From assembly GCF_000143415.4 (NCBI RefSeq), contig NW_003314263.1, forward strand, positions 3,482,451 through 3,546,450: a stretch of DNA of 64,000 nucleotides, in the 5' to 3' direction. This DNA is from Selaginella moellendorffii. Lineage: Eukaryota > Plantae > Lycopodiophyta. The translations under genes were made by a program, and so were the position numbers. This document shows positions 58,716 through 64,000 of this stretch, piece after piece (within the stretch, counting starts at the first letter, position 1; every line of letters begins with the position of its first letter). A model generated the notes under the pieces. The model was given only the letters and a program-made list of their open reading frames with translations, made no database searches and was not told where the DNA came from.

Positions 58716-61700
58716 CGTCAAAATCAGGACAAGGGAAAAGAGGTGGTGGATACTAAAGCCATTTTCGTGAATTCTGAAGAGTTACGAGCGGACACACCTG
58801 TGTGGAATGTCAACACACGAGCACAGTTGCAGCGGAGGGACTGCGGGTTGTACATCCGAGATGAGCCGAGAACAAGGGCTGAACAGGGAATTGAGCGGAT
58901 GCATACTCAGGAGGATCCAGAGATGATAGCTCGCCAAAACAGGAAGGAGCAGCGCCACAAGGAAAAAATGGGGATCGACTTAGGTCTGGAAGGAGGCGGC
59001 ATTCAGGATGCGCCGATAGCCGATGGCGGAGATCTCGCCAAGAATATCACGGGGACTATTCAGTGCCCTAATGACGGCAAGGAAACGGACGCGAACCAGG
59101 TAAGTGGTGGAATGGATCCGCAAGAGGTTATGAAGAAGGTGGGCATCTCGACGCCGCAGCGGCTGGCAGAGGTATTCAAGGAACATTTTGGGGGTGAGCC
59201 GTTAAAGATGGGCCAGCGGAGATCTCGCCGGTATAAGCAGGTGCTAAATCTAGAAACTCAGCCCTACGACGTGCTCAAGGACTTAGAGAATCAGAAGCCG
59301 AGTATCACATTTGCGCAATTACTACAGCTGGCACCAAGTCTAAGGAAAGTGGTGGCCACAGCAGTCAAGGCCCATCGAGAGGTGGTAGTGAATGCAGCAT
59401 GGCCAATGATCGAAGCAGAGAATCCAATTATAGATGCAGAGATTTCAGGTCAACACTTGAAGGGGTGCGTGATTGATGGAGGTGCTGCCATCAACGTAAT
59501 GCCTGAGCAAATGGTGTCGAAACTTGGGTTGGAGCAGCCGTCTCCAGTTTATTTTCGTGTCCGCATGGCGAACCATTCTCGCTCGAGACCGGTTGGTGTA
59601 CTTACTGGGGTGAAGACGGAGATTGCCGGTTTTATCTTTTATGTTGATTACGTGGTGCTGAGGATGGTTGGACACGAGCTGGATTATCCAATTCTTTTGG
59701 GAAGACCGTGGCTGTTACAGGCCTGGGCAGATCAAAGTTGGCCGAAGGGGACTATTACGATTGGAGATGGAAACAAGTCGCGCACTATCCAAGTTCGGAC
59801 GAGGAAGAGGCTGGCCTGGACTCCAGTAGCGTGTGAGCCGATAGTGGATGGGATTGATGACAGCAGTGATACCACGACTGGATCAGAAGCAGGAGAGCGT
59901 ATGAGTGAGGTGTGTTCAGAGCAGAGTCGGTCGAATGATGAGAGTTCAGTGGAGGTTGCAGCTGTGGAGCCCTGCTCCGGTTACGACGCCCTGCTGCTGT
60001 CACCTTTTGAAGATGGAACAGCGAGCGATCGACTCAAGCATTGGTTGTTTGGTGGTGATGTGAGCTGTGGAATGGTTCAGGTCGAGGACTTGGAGCCAGT
60101 AGTGGAGCAGGAACGACTGCAGCAGTTTCCCCGCCATTTTTATTCCGAAGTTATAGATGGTTCCGTTCCAGAGATTGATGAAGAGCCAGCGATCCAGCCT
60201 GGAGGACAAGGTAGTAGCCAATACACAGCTCAGCCAACTGTCGAAGAGATGAACCTCGGATCAGCCGAGGAGGAAAAGGTGGTGAAGGTCGGAGCTGACT
60301 TGCCGGTCCAAGTTAAGGAGAGGTTGAGGCGCCTCTTTTACAGGTACCTCGACATGTTTGCATGGTCTTATAGAGACATGCGAGGTGTGGATGTGAAGCT
60401 GGCTCAGCACCGGATCATTCTCAAGCCAGGAGCAGTGCCTATTCGGCAGCGGCCATATAGGATGAACCCGAATTACTCCAAGACTGTTCGAGAGGAGCTG
60501 GAGAAGTTGCTGCGAGCTGGGTTTATTTACGAGGTGGAAACGAGCCAGTGGTCTCCGATTGTGGTGGTGCCAAAAAAGAATGGCCAGCTGCGAGTCTGTG
60601 TGGATTACCGGAAGCTGAACGAGGTGACTGAGAAGGATGGCTTCCCTCTGCCCTTTACTGACATGGTACTTGATGCTGTGGCGGGACACGAGCTTTATTC
60701 CTTCCTCGACGGATTCAGCGGCTATAACCAGGTGCAGATAGCAGAAGAGGATCAGCTCAAAACCACGTTTGTGACTGAGTGGGGCTGCTACGCCTACAAA
60801 GTTATGCCCTTCGGCCTGTGTAATGCACCTGCTACCTTTCAGCGGGTCGTCACAGCAGCTTTCCAGCCGTACATGCGAGAGTTTATGGAAGTATTCCTTG
60901 ACGACTTCAGTGTCTATGGGAGCGAGTTGGCGCATGAAGGCCTGCTCGAGAAGTGTTTTGAACGCTGTCGGCACTATGGGATTTCTCTCAACCCGTTCAA
61001 GTGTCAGTTCTGGGTAACGCATGGAGTGCTGCTGGGTCGGATAGTGTCAAGAGAAGGTTTAGCTGTCGATCCGGCCAAGACGCAGGTGATCATGCAGTTG
61101 GTGTCACCAGAGACTGTGAAGCAACTGCAGGCATTTCTTGGGCATGTGGGATATCACCGCCGTTTTGTGAGGAACTTCGCTGAGAAAGCTCTACCCTTGA
61201 CTAGCCTGCTGAAGAAGGGGGCTAAATATGAGTGGACAATTGCATGTGAGGCGGCCTTCCAACGCTTGAAACTGGCACTGGCAAACGCGCCGATTCTGAA
61301 GATGCCGGATTGGAACCTGGAGTTTCACGTTCATGTGGATGCATCAGCAGTGGCCATTGGTGTGGTGCTGTGTCAACGCTCAGATGGACGAGCAGATCAT
61401 CCAATATGTTACAGCAGCCGTCAACTTTCAACGGTTGAGAAGAGCTATTCAGCAACTGAGAGGGAAGGACTCGGCATGATCTATGCGATCCAGCAATATC
61501 AGCATTATCTACTCGGCAAGGAGTTCGTGTTTTTCCTCGATCATCAGGCATTGAAGTATTTAATAGGGAAGCCATGCAAGACGGGAAGAATCACACGTTG
61601 GCTGTTGCTGCTCCAGGAATTTCAGTTCCGGATTGTGTTAAAACATGGAAGCAGCCATCAGATGCCGGATCACTTATCGAGGCTGCCACCACAGGACAGT

Positions 61701-63110
61701 GATGAGGAAGTAGGCGTAGAGGATGATTTGCCAGATGCACCTATCTTCCAATTTGAAACAGTGCCGGACTGGTATGCCGAGATGGTTAAGTTCCTTGGCA
61801 ATGGTGAGTATCCGGCAGGGTTGAATAACTGGCAGAAGCGACGGCTTCTGTTGCAGAGCCGACTTTATACGATGGTAGACGGTGTATTATACCGGATTGG
61901 ACGAGATAGCGTACTGAGGCGGTGTTTGCTACCACATGAGACGACTAAGGTGATAGCGGCATGCCATGACTCGGCATATGGAGGCCACTTTGGAACAGAA
62001 GCAACGATGGAGATTATTTGCAGAGCTGGATATTGGTGGCCGACATTGAGGAAGGAGGTTACGTACTACGTCAAAACCTGTGACCCTTGTCAGCGAGCAG
62101 GGAAGCCTGATAAGCGTGACTACCAGCCTCTTCATCCACTGTTGCCAGTGATGCCGTTTGAAAAATGGGGGATTGATTTTTGCGGACCGTTTCCTCCAGC
62201 TCGACAGACAGGTTATAAGTATGTACTGGTCTGCACTGATTACGTTACAAAATGGTCTGAGGTGAAGGCTCTACGGGAGGATACTGGTAAGAAGGTTGCG
62301 GAGTTTCTTTATGAGCAGATAATTACACGGTTTGGAGTTCCCCTTGAACTGGTGAGTGATCGGGGTACACACTTCTTGAACGAGGCAGTGGTAGCACTGA
62401 CAGAAACTTATGGAGTTTATCACTCGAAGTCTACTCCTTACTACCCGCGTTGCAATGGTCAAGTGGAGCGTACAAATGGAACTCTTTGCCGGATTGTTAC
62501 TAAGACCTGCTCAGCTTCTCGGATGGATTGGGATAAGCGCCTTTTGGATGCAATTTGGGCATATCGAGTTGCTTTTAAGGTGACCACTCGGTTCTCACCT
62601 TTTCAGTTGGTTTATGGGCAGGAAGCACTATTGCCGGTGGAGCTTGAAGTTCCAACCTTGAGGACGGCTGTAGAGCATGCTATGGACTGGGACGGTGCCA
62701 TACAGCAGAGGCTGAACGAGCTAGAACAATTGGATGAGACGAGGCTGCTGGCATTCCAAGCTAGAGAGGCATTGCAGAAGCGGAGAAAGAAATGGCATGA
62801 TGATCATATTCGAGAGTGGAAGTTTGCAATAGGGGATTTGGTGTTGCTGTATGACAGCAAGTTTTGGAAACGGCCAGGAAAACTCAAGATACGGTGGCTG
62901 GGCCCTTACGTGGTGGTGAATGTCAACGACAATGGCTCGGTGCAGGTGGCAGATTTGAGTGGGAACCTGCTGCCAACGTGGATCAATGGTTTCCGATTGA
63001 AGAAGTACCATCCACGTTCAAATGTTGAAACAGCCGTAGCTAAGCGAGAGTCCAATGTGTTGGAGCCATCCGAATCAGAGTCGAGGATGACCAGAGCTAA
63101 GGCCAGCTGA
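58716..63110 (+). CDS. pol: Retrotransposon Pol (protease, RT, RNase H, integrase), in frame with gag
   Basis: VIDGGAAIN protease; RVCVDYR, MPFGL, FLDD RT; HVDAS RNase H; HHCC plus DDE integrase with GPY motif; no chromodomain. Confidence 0.93.
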   Translation, partial: RQNQDKGKEVVDTKAIFVNSEELRADTPVWNVNTRAQLQRRDCGLYIRDEPRTRAEQGIERMHTQEDPEMIARQNRKEQRHKEKMGIDLGLEGGGIQDAPIADGGDLAKNITGTIQCPNDGKETDANQVSGGMDPQEVMKKVGISTPQRLAEVFKEHFGGEPLKMGQRRSRRYKQVLNLETQPYDVLKDLENQKPSITFAQLLQLAPSLRKVVATAVKAHREVVVNAAWPMIEAENPIIDAEISGQHLKGCVIDGGAAINVMPEQMVSKLGLEQPSPVYFRVRMANHSRSRPVGVLTGVKTEIAGFIFYVDYVVLRMVGHELDYPILLGRPWLLQAWADQSWPKGTITIGDGNKSRTIQVRTRKRLAWTPVACEPIVDGIDDSSDTTTGSEAGERMSEVCSEQSRSNDESSVEVAAVEPCSGYDALLLSPFEDGTASDRLKHWLFGGDVSCGMVQVEDLEPVVEQERLQQFPRHFYSEVIDGSVPEIDEEPAIQPGGQGSSQYTAQPTVEEMNLGSAEEEKVVKVGADLPVQVKERLRRLFYRYLDMFAWSYRDMRGVDVKLAQHRIILKPGAVPIRQRPYRMNPNYSKTVREELEKLLRAGFIYEVETSQWSPIVVVPKKNGQLRVCVDYRKLNEVTEKDGFPLPFTDMVLDAVAGHELYSFLDGFSGYNQVQIAEEDQLKTTFVTEWGCYAYKVMPFGLCNAPATFQRVVTAAFQPYMREFMEVFLDDFSVYGSELAHEGLLEKCFERCRHYGISLNPFKCQFWVTHGVLLGRIVSREGLAVDPAKTQVIMQLVSPETVKQLQAFLGHVGYHRRFVRNFAEKALPLTSLLKKGAKYEWTIACEAAFQRLKLALANAPILKMPDWNLEFHVHVDASAVAIGVVLCQRSDGRADHPICYSSRQLSTVEKSYSATEREGLGMIYAIQQYQHYLLGKEFVFFLDHQALKYLIGKPCKTGRITRWLLLLQEFQFRIVLKHGSSHQMPDHLSRLPPQDSDEEVGVEDDLPDAPIFQFETVPDWYAEMVKFLGNGEYPAGLNNWQKRRLLLQSRLYTMVDGVLYRIGRDSVLRRCLLPHETTKVIAACHDSAYGGHFGTEATMEIICRAGYWWPTLRKEVTYYVKTCDPCQRAGKPDKRDYQPLHPLLPVMPFEKWGIDFCGPFPPARQTGYKYVLVCTDYVTKWSEVKALREDTGKKVAEFLYEQIITRFGVPLELVSDRGTHFLNEAVVALTETYGVYHSKSTPYYPRCNGQVERTNGTLCRIVTKTCSASRMDWDKRLLDAIWAYRVAFKVTTRFSPFQLVYGQEALLPVELEVPTLRTAVEHAMDWDGAIQQRLNELEQLDETRLLAFQAREALQKRRKKWHDDHIREWKFAIGDLVLLYDSKFWKRPGKLKIRWLGPYVVVNVNDNGSVQVADLSGNLLPTWINGFRLKKYHPRSNVETAVAKRESNVLEPSESESRMTRAKAS

Positions 63111-63495
63111 GAGCTGTGGTTGTAGCTGAATGGGAAGTTTCAGAATCGAATGGAGGTATGTTGGTGTTTTCATTTAAGAACAAGCGTAGAAGACGCAGGT
63201 AGAGTTGGCTGCACATCCTTGAGAGGAGCAGCTGAAGGGGGAGATTTTATGAGTTCAGGTGTGGAGCGCCAGGAGGATTTATTTAGGAGGCTGTAGACGT
63301 CGGTGGAGGCGAGCTCAGCAATAGTGTAGGAGAAGAGAGTTGAAAGAGGCGGAGTGTCGCCGTGTGAGAAGTCAAATGGAGCCGAGTTGAGCGGTGTCAG
63401 AGGAAAGTGTAGCAGAGTTGGGTTTGAACCAGTCAAGAAGTCAGTGGTTAATGGCAGTCAGCGTGCCGAGGGCGGCGCGAGTATCAGGGTAGTAT

Positions 63496-64000
63496 GGTGT
63501 CAACCATATATACGGTCGTATTTTCATATTTGAGGTTGCTTTTGTGAGTACTGACGTATTTCTGAGTTAGAAAAAAGGTGAAAAATGAAGAAGCTCGCTG
63601 AAGAAGCTTCCTATGAATATTTCGTCTAGAGAGAGAAAAAGTGACGGATTTCAGAAGTGAGAATTTGAAGAAGTGGTTTTCTATGAAGTTGAAGATCTGA
63701 TCAAGGACAGTTCTTTGGTGGTGAAATCAAGTCGATCGGAGTTGTGGATGAAAAGTTATTAGCTGGGAAAGTTTCAGCCATTGGTTAGTGTTTAAGTTTT
63801 TAGTAGTTTGAAAATTAGGTACGGCCATTTAGTTATTTTACAGCTCTTGTGTTCTCTCTCGGGTTCTGGAGTTCTCTTTGCTTGAAGATGGTGAGACCTT
63901 TTATAGGCCGTCAAGATCCCATCGCCGTGATCATCGAGGAGTTTCTGCAGATCCAGCGCACTCAGTATGAGTGATTTGTAGTTACTGCTGAAATACAAGC
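63496..64000 (+). repeat. 3' LTR (left end missing; truncated by window edge)
   Basis: Matches 56491-56995. Confidence 0.92.

Larger units (their letters stand above)
56474..64000 (+). mobile_element. Young Ty3/gypsy (non-chromovirus) LTR retrotransposon; 3' LTR runs off the window
   Basis: 5' LTR 56474-57047; PBS 57053-57070; gag-PR-RT-RH-INT order; 3' LTR from ~63496 with only about 3 visible differences over ~500 bp. Confidence 0.96.

Noticed and set aside
63170-63436. Antisense extra ORF in the retrotransposon 3' region
   Set aside because: Short, starts at TTG, bounded by stops, no recognisable domain

Overview
Eukaryotic plant nuclear DNA. Tiny (about 45-100 bp) GT-AG introns, PLS-type PPR genes and remnants of a flagellar IFT gene point to a flagellated-sperm vascular plant, most likely the lycophyte Selaginella (inference). 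Bases 1 to about 31.3 kb are a transposon graveyard: C->T-eroded Ty3/gypsy and LINE fossils. Embedded in it are an isolated, structurally covariant 5S rRNA gene among spacer-like subrepeats, a Cassandra-type TRIM family with 5S-derived LTRs (one solo LTR, one near-complete element), an intact 6-exon orphan gene, a CYP71-clan P450 with a truncated duplicate, and an IFT70/TTC30 pseudogene split by an inversion. From about 31.7 to 56.3 kb the window is very gene-dense: an orphan gene, a WEE1/MYT1-family kinase, CK2 beta, a PPR, a remorin-like gene, a bacterial-type double-retropepsin protease with a probable transit peptide, acetyl-CoA synthetase, histone H1, a CCX exchanger, tRNA-Ala, a twin-CX9C (At12Cys/CHCHD2-like) gene, an F-box gene and a BCS1-like AAA ATPase. 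The last 7.5 kb are a young non-chromovirus Ty3/gypsy element. Its gag and pol are in frame across a single TAG, and an apparent deletion removes the PPT and the start of the 3' LTR. All family calls come from motif recognition by eye; no searches were run.
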